Shown one piece after another: positions 1-12,403 of a stretch of DNA of 59,265 nucleotides (position 1 is the first letter of the stretch; every line of letters begins with the position of its first letter). The notes under the pieces are model-generated. The model was not told the origin of the DNA, made no database searches, and saw nothing but the letters and a program-made list of their open reading frames with translations. Made by a program: the position numbers and the translations under genes. This DNA is from Neoconidiobolus thromboides FSU 785 (Eukaryota; Fungi; Entomophthoromycota), in contig MU626386.1 in NCBI GenBank assembly GCA_025603075.1, forward strand, positions 1-59,265, read 5' to 3'.

Positions 1-258
1 TATAATTATGTATTTATATAATTATATAATCATATAGTTATATATTATATATCTGTTAAATATCTAACAGAACTAACATAAAATACATAGTTAGGAAAAT
101 TAGCTATTTAAGAAAAGGAAACAATTAAAATAAGTTTTAAATAGAGACATTTAATTTTAGGCTTTTTAGATTTAACCGTTATATTGGACACAAACTTGAA
201 ATTTTAAATTTGGATTAATTTCTAAGTAGATTCTGAAACCAATTAGGACAGCCCCATA

Positions 259-355
259 TGGTGATATGTTTTTTTGTTCAAGAACTTTACTACCAACCTT
301 TCCACTCAAATAGCACTTAAAAAATGGAAAGCGACAAAACCAAAAAACATCCCCA
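259..355 (+). mobile_element. MITE family copy 1 (~100 bp, TGGGGATG...CATCCCCA TIRs, TA flanks)
   Basis: TA|TGGTGATATGTTTTTTT...AAAAAACATCCCCA|TA; shares core TTTCCRCTYAAATAGCRCTTAAAA(N)ATGGAAA with nine other copies; about 440 bp upstream of the HSP104 ATG. Confidence 0.85.
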
Positions 356-795
356 TATTTAGTCAATGTGCTCTTATTAACCTATTTTAAATCTATAGAG
401 TCTAAACCAGGAGAAAAGTTTTAACTGATATTTTCCCATTACCCTTCCGCCTTACCATCGTGTATGATTTTTCCTTTTATAATCTTAAAGTCTCTCTTAT
501 GCTCCATTGAATTTTCTACCTATCTTTGATTTAAAGAATAAACTATTTCAAGAACATGTTTTCAATGGTATTAGCGTAAGCCTTAGTGTTTTGTATTTTT
601 TGAGTTTAAAATGTCAATTTAAAGACGCTAGCTGATTGGAGAAAACAAATGAATGATCCAATGATGACGCTATCATTTAAGAATTTACTAGTAATTCGTA
701 GATCTATTTGAGTGTGAAGTCATCCATCTAATTTCAAAGTATAAAACTAAAAAACAAAAGCAAAATTAATAATTTTATTTAACAAAACAATAAAA

Positions 796-3522
796 ATGAA
801 TCCAGAAACATTTACAGATAAAACAATCAAAGTAATCAATTCCAGTATTGATTTGGCTAAAGAATTTGGAAATAGTCAAATCACACCTGTCCATTTATGT
901 TCGAGCTTATTTGATAATGAAGATGGCTTTTTGAAAAATGTCATTAATAAAGCTGGTGGTGATGCAGCCAACTGCGAAAGAGGGATTAAAAAACTATTAG
1001 TCAAGTTACCAAGCCAAACGCCTGCTCCTACTGATGTCTCGCTAGCTTCTTCCATGCAAAAATTATTACAAGAAGCTACTCAACTTTCTAAAAAAATGAA
1101 AGATAGTTTTGTAGCTGTCGACCATTTGATATTAGCCATGTTAGAAGAAAAAGATATATTACAAGCATTTAAAGATGGTGGCGCAACCAAAAAGAGTATT
1201 GAAAATGCATTAACACAGATTCGTGGTAATCGTAAAGTAGATAGTAAATCAGCTGAAGAAACGTATGAAGCCTTATCAAAATATGCTGTGGATTTGATCG
1301 AGTTAGCCAATAGTGGTAAAATCGATCCTGTCATTGGTAGGGATGAAGAAATAAGGAGAGTTATTAGGGTGTTATCTAGAAGAACAAAAAATAATCCTGT
1401 CTTAATTGGTGAGCCTGGTGTTGGTAAAACAGCTATTGTCGAAGGGCTAGCTATGAGAATAGTTCGAAAAGATGTACCAGCCAATTTGCAATGTAAATTA
1501 TTTTCTTTAGATATGGGTGCACTAATTGCCGGTGCTAAATATCGAGGAGAATTTGAAGAGCGTTTAAAAGCCGTTTTAAAAGAAGTCAAAGATAGTAAAG
1601 AAGGAATCATATTATTTATTGATGAAATCCATTTAGTCCTTGGTGCTGGGAAAACAGACGGTGCTATGGATGCAGCCAATTTATTAAAACCAATGTTAGC
1701 TAGAGGAGAGCTACGTTGTATCGGTGCCACTACTTTAGATGAGTACAGACAACATGTTGAAAAAGATGCTGCTTTTGAAAGAAGATTTCAACAAGTATTA
1801 GTTGGTGAACCAAGTGTGACTGATACTATTTCTATCTTAAGAGGTATTAAAGAAAAGTATGAGATTCATCATGGTGTAAAGATTTCCGATACTGCTTTAG
1901 TAGCTGCAGCACAGCTTTCTTCAAGATACATTACAAACCGATTCTTACCAGATAAAGCTATTGATTTGGTGGACGAAGCTTGCGCTAATACTAGAGTACA
2001 ATTAGACTCTCAACCTGAAGTAATAGACCAATTAGAAAGAAGATTATTACAACTAGAAGTAGAGGCAACTGCCTTAGGAAAAGAAAAGAATTCAGCATCA
2101 CAAGCTAGGTTAGAAGAAGTCCAAGAAGAAATGTCAAGGCTTAAAGATGAAATTCGACCACTTAAGTTGAAGTATGAAACTGAAAAAGGAAATTTGGATG
2201 AGATCCGAGACCTAAAACAAAAACTGGATGACCTTAAGTCAAAGGCAGATGAAGCTGAACGTAAATCCGATTTAGCTAAAGCAGCTGATATTCGTTACTA
2301 TGCAATTCCAGATGTTAAGAAGAGAATTGAAGAAATCACTTTACAAAGAAAGACAGAATTAGAAGCCATGGATGAAAATAATAACCAATTATTAACTGAA
2401 ATAGTTGGAGTAGAACAAATCAATGAAGTCGTATCAAGATGGACTGGAATACCTGTTTCCAAACTAAATAAGACACAAATCGATAAGATATTAAGTTTAT
2501 CCGAACATCTTTCTAATAGAGTTGTTGGTCAAGCCCAAGCCGTTGAAGTAGTTAGTGATGCTATACAAAGATCAAGAGCTGGTTTATCAAGAGAGCATCA
2601 ACCAACTGGTTCTTTCTTATTCTTAGGCCCAACAGGTGTAGGTAAGACTGAATTGGCAAAAGCACTAGCAGGAGAACTCTTTGATGATGAGAAATTGATG
2701 CTTCGATTAGATATGTCTGAATATATGGAACAACACTCTGTATCTAGATTGATAGGAGCCCCACCAGGTTATGTTGGTTACGATGAAGGTGGCCAACTTA
2801 CTGAAGCTGTTAGACGTCGTCCTTACTCAGTTGTTTTACTTGATGAAATTGAGAAGGCACATCCTAAAGTATTAAATGTGCTATTAGAAGTATTAGATGA
2901 TGCTAGACTTACAGACGGTAAGGGCAGAGTAGTTGATTTTTCTAATACAGTGATTATTATGACCTCGAATGTTGGACAAGAAATTATACTTAATTCTAAT
3001 GAAGATACAAGATCTAATTCACTTCAACAAAAAGTAATGGATCAAGTTAAAACCCATTTCCGACCTGAATTTTTAAATCGATTGGATGATATTGTCATCT
3101 TTAATCGTTTAAAGAATGATAATTTACAGAAGATTGTGAAGTTACAAATTAGCAGTATCAATCATCGATTATTAAGTCGAGATATTCAATTAGAAGTAAG
3201 TGAAGAAGGTATCAATTATATATTAAAACAATCTTATGATCCATTATATGGTGCTAGACCACTTAAAAGATACCTTGAAAAATATCTTATTACTAATATA
3301 TCAAGGATGCTACTTAAAGGGGAGCTATTTGATCATTCCACTGTATTTATTGACGTTAGTGATGATGAATTTTTATTTACAGTTAAACGTAAGCCCGCAT
3401 CTCAAATTGCTTCAAGAGCATCTACACCTAATAAAATTTATCGTGTTCAAGGAGTTGGACACAACAATGCTATTAACAATGAAAATGATGATGACCTTGA
3501 ATTTGATGAAGATATGGATTAA
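796..3522 (+). CDS. HSP104: Hsp104/ClpB AAA+ disaggregase, cytosolic type, intronless, 908 aa
   Basis: Two Walker A motifs (GEPGVGKT, GPTGVGKT), KYRGEFEERLK and GAPPGYVGY pore loops, middle coiled-coil domain, acidic C-terminal tail ...EFDEDMD; no mitochondrial presequence. Confidence 0.97.
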   Translation: MNPETFTDKTIKVINSSIDLAKEFGNSQITPVHLCSSLFDNEDGFLKNVINKAGGDAANCERGIKKLLVKLPSQTPAPTDVSLASSMQKLLQEATQLSKKMKDSFVAVDHLILAMLEEKDILQAFKDGGATKKSIENALTQIRGNRKVDSKSAEETYEALSKYAVDLIELANSGKIDPVIGRDEEIRRVIRVLSRRTKNNPVLIGEPGVGKTAIVEGLAMRIVRKDVPANLQCKLFSLDMGALIAGAKYRGEFEERLKAVLKEVKDSKEGIILFIDEIHLVLGAGKTDGAMDAANLLKPMLARGELRCIGATTLDEYRQHVEKDAAFERRFQQVLVGEPSVTDTISILRGIKEKYEIHHGVKISDTALVAAAQLSSRYITNRFLPDKAIDLVDEACANTRVQLDSQPEVIDQLERRLLQLEVEATALGKEKNSASQARLEEVQEEMSRLKDEIRPLKLKYETEKGNLDEIRDLKQKLDDLKSKADEAERKSDLAKAADIRYYAIPDVKKRIEEITLQRKTELEAMDENNNQLLTEIVGVEQINEVVSRWTGIPVSKLNKTQIDKILSLSEHLSNRVVGQAQAVEVVSDAIQRSRAGLSREHQPTGSFLFLGPTGVGKTELAKALAGELFDDEKLMLRLDMSEYMEQHSVSRLIGAPPGYVGYDEGGQLTEAVRRRPYSVVLLDEIEKAHPKVLNVLLEVLDDARLTDGKGRVVDFSNTVIIMTSNVGQEIILNSNEDTRSNSLQQKVMDQVKTHFRPEFLNRLDDIVIFNRLKNDNLQKIVKLQISSINHRLLSRDIQLEVSEEGINYILKQSYDPLYGARPLKRYLEKYLITNISRMLLKGELFDHSTVFIDVSDDEFLFTVKRKPASQIASRASTPNKIYRVQGVGHNNAINNENDDDLEFDEDMD

Positions 3523-4679
3523 TTGTTTAACTAGTTCGCTTCTTTTACCCTATTATCTAAATAAAAATATTTATTAAATTACTGATTTTATTGGCTTTTT
3601 CTTTTTAATAATTTTAGTTCATAATGTTATAATAATTTTTATTGCATTTATTATTTAATAAATCGATTAACAGAGTGCCTCAAGTAAGATAATGGCAGTT
3701 TTGAAGTTAAGTTACATTTTTATTATTTTTAATAGCTCGTGAAAAAATGAAACGAATTTTTAAAAATCAATTTTGACCTTTAAATTTTAAGATATTTTCA
3801 ATAATGTTTACTTTTAGTACTTAATTTATATTAAATAACCAATTTCAAAAATTTCAAACCCAAATGAAAAACTCACATCTCTAAATTAGACATCGCTATT
3901 TCATCAAATAGATCTGCTTATCTTTATCTTTATCTTTATCTTTACTTCGTAAACATACGATGTATTCATTTAACTTTCTAAAATTGCTATAATTAAAAAC
4001 ATAGTTGCAAGTATTTTCTTTTTAAAAATAAAAAAATTAAAGAAGACTACTTACTTTCTAAATTGAAACATTACAAGTTTTTGTTTATTATCCAAATGGA
4101 AGTACTATTTTGTTTTACCATTTAATTAGTAAAGCTCTTAACTATTATTTTTAGTCTTAAAAGCCAGAATTTTTAAGCTGTTAATACTAGTAATAATAGT
4201 TTACAATTAAATTACTTAAATAATAATTATAAATCGTAAAAGCGGAGAAAGGAATATTAAATTATAGGATATTAGGGAAGGAATGTAACTCCTGTAGTTA
4301 GCTTTCAATTCCAATGAATTACATTTAATTTCTAAGGATTCATGCTTATATGATCCTACTTAAATATAAAAAAGCGTGAGTGGAATGGAGGCAGAAGAAA
4401 TAAAACTATTAGATAACAACTTATTTTAAGTGTTTTACATTGTTTATAACCTTATAAATATATTAAATGATTTATGAATAACTCTGATGAAAGAGGTAAA
4501 AAGGAAGGAAATGTTAAAATAAGTTGGTCCAGGTTAATTAATTTTTTGAATTTTATGTTAAATGGAAATGGACAAAATATAACAAAACATTGGTAGAAAT
4601 GTCTTTTTAATCTCATACGCTTGTCCATTTTTGAGCAATATAAAATGAAAACTGTAATAAGATCCTTATTCAAAAAATA

Positions 4680-4774
4680 TGGGGATGTATTTTTGTGTTT
4701 AAGAATTTTAGTAACTTTTCCGCTCAAATAGCGCTTAAAAGATGAAAAAGTAATGGAGCCAAAAAACATCGCCA
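4680..4774 (+). mobile_element. MITE copy 2
   Basis: TA|TGGGGATGTATTTTT...AAAAAACATCGCCA|TA with conserved core CCGCTCAAATAGCGCTTAAAAGATG. Confidence 0.88.
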
Positions 4775-4923
4775 TATATTATTTTTTAAAATGATTTTTT
4801 GATGTTTGGTAAATCAATTTACTTGATGTTAACTTTAAAATTAATTGGCCCAATTCAATCTTTGGTAGGTTATATTAACCAATAGTTTTTCTCAATATAG
4901 CTTTGTTCTTATAAAATTTACTA

Positions 4924-5015
4924 TGAAGGTGTTTTTTACTGTCACTTTTTCTTTTTTCAAGTGCTATTTAAGTAGAAAAGTTGTTAATAAAACTGTTAAA
5001 TAAAAAAGACATCCA
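4924..5015 (-). mobile_element. MITE copy 3 (degenerate, reverse orientation)
   Basis: Reverse complement reads TGGATGTCTTTTTTATTTAACAGTTTTATTAACAACTTTTCTACTTAAATAGCACTTGAAAAAAGAAAAAGTGACAGTAAAAAACACCTTCA; TA on both sides. Confidence 0.75.
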
Positions 5016-5064
5016 TATATATATGATATATAGTTTAAATGTAATGTCAAACGCTTTAAGGATA

Positions 5065-6355
5065 ATGAATAGAACTTCAAATTTGAGAATCTTGAAAGGA
5101 ATTCAAAGAAATATTGTACTATCTCACAGATAGAGACAAAATCAACTTATTAGCTTGCCGTGAAGAATGGAACAAAGTAATACTATTCATTTTATGAGGA
5201 AATACCAGCTTTGATTATTATCATCATTTTAACTATAAAAAGAAAATATCTAGAAGTTTTAAAAAATATAGTCATTACATTGAGCATTTAGACTTTAGAA
5301 CTCTATTAGATTTATCAATTAATTGTTTAAAATATCCAAATGACACCAAATTATACATATCTTTGAAATTGTGTTTTAAAAATACTAACTCTTTTTTAAA
5401 TATTCAACTAGCAGGCCTTTGTTATACTGATTCACTTAATATCTTTCCAACCGAAAATTATCTTTCTAGCAATAGCATTTGTGTTAAGGGATTACTTAAA
5501 GGTCTAAAACGCTTAGAAATCCAACACACGACCTCTTATTTTACAAAATCAATAGCCCTGAACCATCATCAGTCATCACTTTATTAGTATTATATTGGTA
5601 TACCTATGATCTAGACCCCCTTCTTTTGGATTTGTTAAATGAACTCGATAGCTTAAAGCAGCCTAAATTGAATTGTATTAATATCAAATTTAATGGATTT
5701 GACTTATTGATAAAAGAATTTTATCACTTAAAAATTCCATACTCAATACATATACATAGAAAATTCGAAAGAAATCAGTATAAGTTTAAACAATTACCCA
5801 AAGCTTAAAACATTCAATATTGTAAGTTTCCGTAGTTTAAAATTTATTGGAGTGTCGAATTTAAGGAAGTTGTTATTAAACCATTCTAGCATAACTGATG
5901 TATATATAAATAATAAATTATTTCCAAAGTCAAATAGGATAAGTTTAGGATTTTGTAAGAACGTCTTGTCTAGACATTTATTTTCAATACTTGGCATTCC
6001 TACAATTATTCATTTTAGTTTCATGGAAAAGAATAATTTAATATCTTTGATTGATAGAATCTATCCAAAGAGCAATAGTAATATAATAGCATTCTTGGTT
6101 AAATGTTTAACTCAAGGAGCCAGTTTCCTAAATTTTATATACACTTCATATCTCAACTTGCATAATCTTGAAACGACAAGTTGTAAATTTAAAGCTGACA
6201 TCTCATTCTTAACTCTTAATTCTTTGAGAGGATCTAATTCAACTAATATAAAGCTTAATCATATTAGATGTCCTGATCTCAATGTTTTTATCAATTATAT
6301 ATTAATTCACTTTAAAAATGTAAAGTTATTTAAGTTTACAAGTCAAACTTTTTAA
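5065..6355 (+). pseudogene. Disrupted F-box/LRR(RNI)-like gene
   Basis: F-box-like segment (EFKEILYYLTDRDKINLLACREEWNKVI) followed by LRR-like Leu-rich segments (LKRLEI, LRKLLLNHSSIT, LHNLETT). In-frame TGA at 5195, TAG at 5585, and frame switches near ~5100, ~5600 and ~5800 join ORFs 5363, 5626 and 5852. Confidence 0.6.
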
Positions 6356-7921
6356 CAAAGCATGGGATTAATCCCAGCTTTCATCTAAGGGATTTGTAAT
6401 AGCTTTATGAATATTATTAATATTACAAATAAATAAAAATGGGTAATTACTATTTCTATTGACACTTCATTACTAAATGTGTTTTTATTATTTTGTACTT
6501 ATATAACACCCATTTTTTATACCAGTAGAGCTTATTTAGCTATTTTTTCTAATATTAACTTATTGCAAATTCTATAAATTAAGCATAGTGCAACATTGAA
6601 AAAAGCTGGATACATAGTGTATCTAGTTTTAAATTCACCATTCTTTAATTTATCGTTAACTCAGATTTCGTTTTTTACTTCAATGAATTTGTATTCTTAG
6701 TATATTAGCTATAATACAAAAAATGCTTTTTAATTTACTTTATAAAATCAACATTCAAAACATACCCAGTTCTGTTCAACAGTATAAAACAAAAATAGCC
6801 ACTGAATGATTAAGTTGGCAATAAAATTTTAAATTCATGCAATTCATTCAACCTGGAAACTTTTATGATTTTAACCAGGCTTTCAATTATTCAAATTCAT
6901 TTTGAAAGTAGATCTAAAAGCCTGGAATATTATAACTCAATATTGTTATTGTTTTGTTCTAATGCGATTAGTTATTTAAAGTTTTAATATTTATTTGATC
7001 TCTATAATCATTGTTTCGATTTCCAGTATCAAATGCCCCTAATTTAACCCTATCTAGTTATTCTAGCATAACCAGTTGGCGCTAGCGGATTAGCTTTTAG
7101 CTAAATATTATTTCATTGTCAATAACAAGGTGTAAAAAGGATGTCTAAAAGTTATTTTTTAGTTTAAATTTATAATAAAAAATAAAATTGTTTAAGGAAT
7201 AAAAACCATTAATAATTTATCTTATTAATTGACATTAACATAATATTTGAAGATAAGAATAAGATGCAATAAAAGTTTTTTAATATATTTTACTCAAATA
7301 ATGACTATATCAAACTAAATGCTGAATGAACTTGCTTTTTAAAATTAACTTGCCTTAAAAAAACAATTCAACAATCATAATACCAAAAATACTACCATTG
7401 AATTAAAGTTCTTGAAAAATTAGATACAGTACATACTTACCATGAAGTAAAATGTTACTTTATAATAACTGAAATTTTAACCTTTATATTATATAATATA
7501 CAAATAATATCAAGATGATATCAACCGAGTGGAAATTAATTAAAAAATAAATTTGACTTAATTAAATCAACCAAAGAGCGGATAAAATGCGATTAACTAA
7601 AAAAATGAGTCGGAGTATTGAAAATCAAAGTAAAAGAGGATTTGAGCTAAAAGGTAGTACAAACAGAGGGTACATTAATAACAAGAAGCAAATAGCAATA
7701 ATGTATAATAAATGTGACACTAGTAACTTTAATAAATACTTAAAATGAGGTATTATAAATAAAATTAATAAAACAGCAACTTATCATTAATTTACTTGAC
7801 TTTTATTTTATTAAAAAATTAAATCTATTAAGACTAATATAACATATACTATAATATACTATACACATAACATAACATAACACAACATATACTATAACAT
7901 AACACGAAACAATACAATACA

Positions 7922-8893
7922 ATGAAACTTTATACCAGTACTAAAATTTTATTTCTGTTAAATTTCATAGCCCCCTTTTACACCAGTTTAACACAACAAC
8001 AATTCAATGTTGAGCTATATCATGAAATAAACCGTGTGCGACAACAACGTGGTTTAAGTGCTATTCCATACTCTAATGAACTAACCAAAGTAGCTGACAC
8101 ACATGTCAAGGATTTAAATGCCAATCGAAAGCAAGAATCTAGATCTAACTGCAATTTACATTCCTGGTACCTACCAGGCAATAGTTGCTGCTATTATGAG
8201 GATCATAAAGATCCTGAATGCATGTGGGATAAGCCAAAGCAATTGAGTAGATACACAGAAGATGGGTTTGAGATAGCTTTTAGTTCAGATGGAAAAGAAG
8301 AATTAACTAAAGAATTAGCAAAATCAATCATTAACACCTTTTTAAACTCCCCTCCACATCGTCAGGTTATTTTATCTGAAGGTACTTGGAGTTCAGAACC
8401 CTGGTTAGCTTTAGGAACAGCCAATTTTAACTTTTATACAGTGGCTTGGTTTGGTAGAGCTAAAGATCCAAATTCAAGTTTACCTGATGTTAGTGGTGGT
8501 AATAAGCCCACCAGCCCTAGTAGTAAGCCAACCGTACCTACGATGCCTACCAGTATTACTCAACTGCCAACTAAAACATCAATTCCATCAGTATCTGCTG
8601 TTAAACCTACTGTTCCTACCTCATTACCGACTGTCAAGCCTACTGTTCCTACTTCGGCGACTACTGCTAAACCTACAATTCCTGTTCCTAGAACTATTAC
8701 GTCCGGCAGTGCTTCAGCTCCTCAGCCTAGTGGCAATGCTCCAACTTCAGACCCACACTATGACATTGGTAAATCCACTACAGCTTCTTCTCCTAATCCC
8801 AGTACTCCAGTTGGGCCCCAAACACCTTCAAAAACTAGCAATCCTAGTTCCACAACCCCTAGTCATCGACTAAAATGCAAGAATAAACTCTAG
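7922..8893 (+). CDS. Secreted CAP/SCP-domain protein 1 with Pro/Thr/Ser-rich tail (KPTVP-like repeats)
   Basis: Signal peptide; CAP-like INRVR..RGL...YSNELTKVA..H and FLNSPPHRQVIL; Cys/His insert CNLHSW...CCY.EDH...CMW.KP; paralog of 30423-31436. Confidence 0.85.
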   Translation: MKLYTSTKILFLLNFIAPFYTSLTQQQFNVELYHEINRVRQQRGLSAIPYSNELTKVADTHVKDLNANRKQESRSNCNLHSWYLPGNSCCYYEDHKDPECMWDKPKQLSRYTEDGFEIAFSSDGKEELTKELAKSIINTFLNSPPHRQVILSEGTWSSEPWLALGTANFNFYTVAWFGRAKDPNSSLPDVSGGNKPTSPSSKPTVPTMPTSITQLPTKTSIPSVSAVKPTVPTSLPTVKPTVPTSATTAKPTIPVPRTITSGSASAPQPSGNAPTSDPHYDIGKSTTASSPNPSTPVGPQTPSKTSNPSSTTPSHRLKCKNKL

Positions 8894-8927
8894 GCATTTA
8901 ATTGGTGGAAAAGTATAAATAAATCTA

Positions 8928-8963
8928 TTTTAATTTTAATTTTAATTTTAATTTTAATTTTAA
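8928..8963. repeat. (TTTTAA)6 microsatellite
   Basis: Six perfect tandem hexamers downstream of the CAP1 gene. Confidence 0.9.
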
Positions 8964-9061
8964 TTTAAAATCATTTCATTTAATTTAAAACATTTATCTA
9001 TTTAATATAAAAAACGGAAGTTTTATTTTGATAATAAAAAAATAGTTATACATCACTTACC

Positions 9062-10436
9062 ATGTCCTTAACCAAACAAGCTAAACTAGATAATTTTTGT
9101 TTTTTTATAAATGGTATTTAGTTTAACTCAAGAATCACTTCTTTTTTATACTAATTTACAATCACTCTAGGTCTAATCAACAACTTTGTATATGTTGTGT
9201 TTCTGAGCGCTGCTTTAGATCTGGTAGGCGACAAGCTCCCGAAAGCAAGTGTCTTAATAGCGGATATTTTACCAGCTTTTCTAGTCAAGCTAACAGTCCC
9301 TCTATATATGCATAAGGTACGTTACCATTATAGGATCACTTTTGTGATCTTGTGTTCTATATTTTCGCTTTATCTAGTAGCTTTTTCTACCAATTTACAG
9401 TTCCAGTTTCTGGGTATTATACTTGCAAGTGCGAGTAGTGGATTAGGTAACTTTAAGTTTATCATTTTGCTATTTTTTAAATATCACATTGTTCCCCAAT
9501 ATAGGCGAAGTCACCTTTTTAGCCATGGCAACGTTTTATAAAACCAACGTGTTTCATTATTGGGCTTCAGGAACTGGAGCGGCTGGTTTAGTGGGTTCAT
9601 TTATTTATTTGGCATTTTCTACCTGGTTTCAGTTTTCTACTAAAGTTACTATGTGTTTATGTTCAATTTTGCCCATGCTACAATTATTGGCTTATTTTAA
9701 GTTGTTGTCTCACCCATTCGTAAACTTTGAGATGAACCGAAATGGTGGGTTTCAGCCCTTGATTGCTGGCGGTGTAAATAGTAATGAAGAAACTAACAAT
9801 CAAGGAATTATTAATGGTGTAAATAATAACGAAGAAGCTGGTAGCAATAATCCAGTCATAAGAGCGGAGCATTATGACTTTAAGAACAAAGTAAAGCACG
9901 TATTAAATTTACTACCAGAATATATGATCCCCTTATTTCTTGTATTCTTTTTAGAATATACCATCAACCAAGGGCTAGCACCAAACTTATTATTCCCTGT
10001 GGAAGAAACCTTCTTTTTAAAGTTAAGAGATCATTACGTGTATTATCAATTCTTTTATCAATTAGGAGTATTTATTTCTCGCTCTTCCTCCACTTTATTT
10101 CCCATCTCTCAACTATATTATTTAGTTTTTGCCCAATTCTTAACATTTTTGATCCTCTTATTTATCTCTTTGCACAAAATTCCAAGTAATATTTATCTTA
10201 ATTTCTTTTTAATGTCTTTTGAAGGCCTCTTTGGAGGTGCTACATATGCCAATGCTTTTACAAAGTTGAATAATGAACTTGAACCCCATCTAACTGAATT
10301 TTCGATGGGTATAGCATCTGTTTCAGATACCTTGGGTATTACTGTAGCTGCCCTAGTGTCCTACTTTTTAGAACCCATTATTTGCAATTACCAATTCAGC
10401 ATTGGTATTTTATTATGCAAATCTATAGCAGAGTAA
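9062..10436 (+). CDS. BTN1: Btn1/CLN3 (battenin) vacuolar membrane protein, 3 exons
   Basis: Spliced model with introns 9114-9170 and 9447-9504 (GT..AG) gives GLINNFVYVVFLSAALDLVG, SSGLGEVTFL, WASGTGAAG, EYTINQG, YQLGVFISRSS, EGLFGGATYANAF, all CLN3-family motifs. Confidence 0.93.
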
Positions 10437-10531
10437 TAAAACACATAAAAGACAGTAGCAATAATACAAAAATAATATAAAAATTAGCATTAGAAATAAA
10501 TCTTATTAATTTTTATTGTTACTATTTATTT

Positions 10532-12403
10532 TTAATTTAACATTTTGTTTATTAAATTTAAAATAAAGGAGTGAAATATAATACGGGAATAAAAAGGATG
10601 ATTGAAATTGGATTGATTTAATAAATTAAAACTAAACTTTAATAATAATAAATTGTTATTATTTGGCTGGTAATTTAAAATACTATAAAATTTTAAATTA
10701 AATATGATAAAAAAGGTTAAGGGTATTAAGCGATCAATATAGTTGCTACTTTGATTAAAATAAATTAGAGAAGTTAAAAATTGTTTGTTCATTTGGTTTA
10801 AATGGGTGATGATTCCTTTTTCTTTTTGATGAATTTCTTGAATCTGTTTAGTCTCCTCTTTAGTTAGACTAGTATTCTTCTTATAATATATTCCTTTGTA
10901 AGATGGATATTCAATTTGTAAATACCTTTTAATAACTATTAAATACCTTAAATTCTTTTCTATTATTAAATAATTTAATACACTATTATCTATTGTATAA
11001 TTACTATTGTTATGACTGTTATTCTGATTATCGTTATTGTTGTTATTATTATCACTCTTATTATTTATATAAATTTGATTACTTTCGATATCGATAAATT
11101 TTAGTAGCGTTAATAGCTGCTTCTTATCCATTTTCCCCATTTCTCTGAACTTCAATATTAGCTTATTAAATAAATTGATACTTTTGACTACTAATACTGT
11201 ATTATAAACCCCTTGACTCTTATTAATTAAATTTTCTAATACCCTTATTACGTTGTTGTTAAACTTGACATTTACTGGTATATAATCCCAAGTATAATTT
11301 AAACATAAATACTTCATATTGACCTCATAGGTAATGTTGTTATACAATAAAAATTTCTCTATGTTTGTTGACTCATCTTTGCTGCTATATTGTATTCCAA
11401 TCATCGAACATAAACTTAATATTAACGAACCTGAAATCCAACCGAGGTTTTTGGCAATTAATAATCCTTTTAAGCCCCAAAATGAAATCATTAGTGCTTG
11501 TATATAATCCAAACTAATTTTGTTACTTAAAGGATTCAACATGAAAAGCAAGCGCTCTTCATACCCTTTAACCATTTCTTTTTCATTTAAATACATCAGA
11601 CCTACCACATACACACTAAATAACAATAATGGACTTCTTTTTTTTGATACAAAACTCTCATAACTTAGAAAAAAAGGCACATATTTGTTGAACTGCTCAA
11701 AAAAGCAATTGACACTTTTAAAAAACAATTCACTTTGGAACAAGCTGTTGATATTAATTCCCTCTTCTTGAATATTGTTTGCACTTTGCTTTATTGATAT
11801 TGAACTTAAAAATAAGTTGACCTCCACTTTTTTTTGATTCTTTAATAGATAGTCAATCCCAATATTGACATTCAAATATCGTACCCATGAACATGAAAAT
11901 AGCTCTTTAAGCAAAGGACTACTCACTTTAATTTGTTTAGGGTTATAGCTTATCGTTTTATTCATAAATCGAAACTGTATTTTATTTCTAAATGCTACTA
12001 CATTATTATTTTGATTCAAGCACTTATCATTGTCATATAATTCACTGTTTTTACGCTCACTCTTATTATTTGATACACTCCCATTACACCTATTGTTGTT
12101 TAGTACATTGCTACTACAATCACTACTTTCAGTCACTACACTACTAGACTCAATATCAGTACCACTCAAGGCTTCAATGGATCCTTCGTTGTCATTACTA
12201 TTAAGGTTGCTATAATTGCTTATCTTATAGCTAGCATAACTCTTCTTGAAGATCTTAGGATATGTACAACCTTGTTTTCTTTTAATACACGCACTACACT
12301 GCGGTTTCTTTTTATCACATTTTACTTTCCTCTGTTGACACTGGAAGCATACTTTTTCTTTTGATATGGGTTCCAAATATTTGTAATCTACCATCAACGT
12401 CAT
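10532..12403 (-). CDS. Zn(II)2Cys6 fungal transcription factor, 623 aa
   Basis: CFQCQQRKVKCDKKKPQCSACIKRKQGC binuclear cluster at the N-terminus; middle homology-like region (FFEQFNKYVPFF). Confidence 0.88.
   Translation of the reverse strand: MTLMVDYKYLEPISKEKVCFQCQQRKVKCDKKKPQCSACIKRKQGCTYPKIFKKSYASYKISNYSNLNSNDNEGSIEALSGTDIESSSVVTESSDCSSNVLNNNRCNGSVSNNKSERKNSELYDNDKCLNQNNNVVAFRNKIQFRFMNKTISYNPKQIKVSSPLLKELFSCSWVRYLNVNIGIDYLLKNQKKVEVNLFLSSISIKQSANNIQEEGININSLFQSELFFKSVNCFFEQFNKYVPFFLSYESFVSKKRSPLLLFSVYVVGLMYLNEKEMVKGYEERLLFMLNPLSNKISLDYIQALMISFWGLKGLLIAKNLGWISGSLILSLCSMIGIQYSSKDESTNIEKFLLYNNITYEVNMKYLCLNYTWDYIPVNVKFNNNVIRVLENLINKSQGVYNTVLVVKSINLFNKLILKFREMGKMDKKQLLTLLKFIDIESNQIYINNKSDNNNNNNDNQNNSHNNSNYTIDNSVLNYLIIEKNLRYLIVIKRYLQIEYPSYKGIYYKKNTSLTKEETKQIQEIHQKEKGIITHLNQMNKQFLTSLIYFNQSSNYIDRLIPLTFFIIFNLKFYSILNYQPNNNNLLLLKFSFNLLNQSNFNHPFYSRIIFHSFILNLINKMLN

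Noticed and set aside
172-366. 64-aa ORF (KYGDVF...)
   Set aside because: Non-ATG start, and it reads through MITE copy 1; the KYGDVF peptide is the translated TIR
547-563. Possible heat-shock element upstream of HSP104 (TTCaaGAA)
   Set aside because: Only two good nGAAn units; expected by chance in AT-rich DNA
1080-1730. 216-aa antisense ORF and other shadow ORFs (3236, 8451, 30584, 30631, 50158, 50593, 53313, 54245, 57753, 57957 etc.)
   Set aside because: Opposite-strand or off-frame shadows of well-supported genes or coding repeats
4452-4775. 107-aa minus-strand ORF
   Set aside because: Begins inside MITE copy 2; AT-rich low-complexity product with no family features
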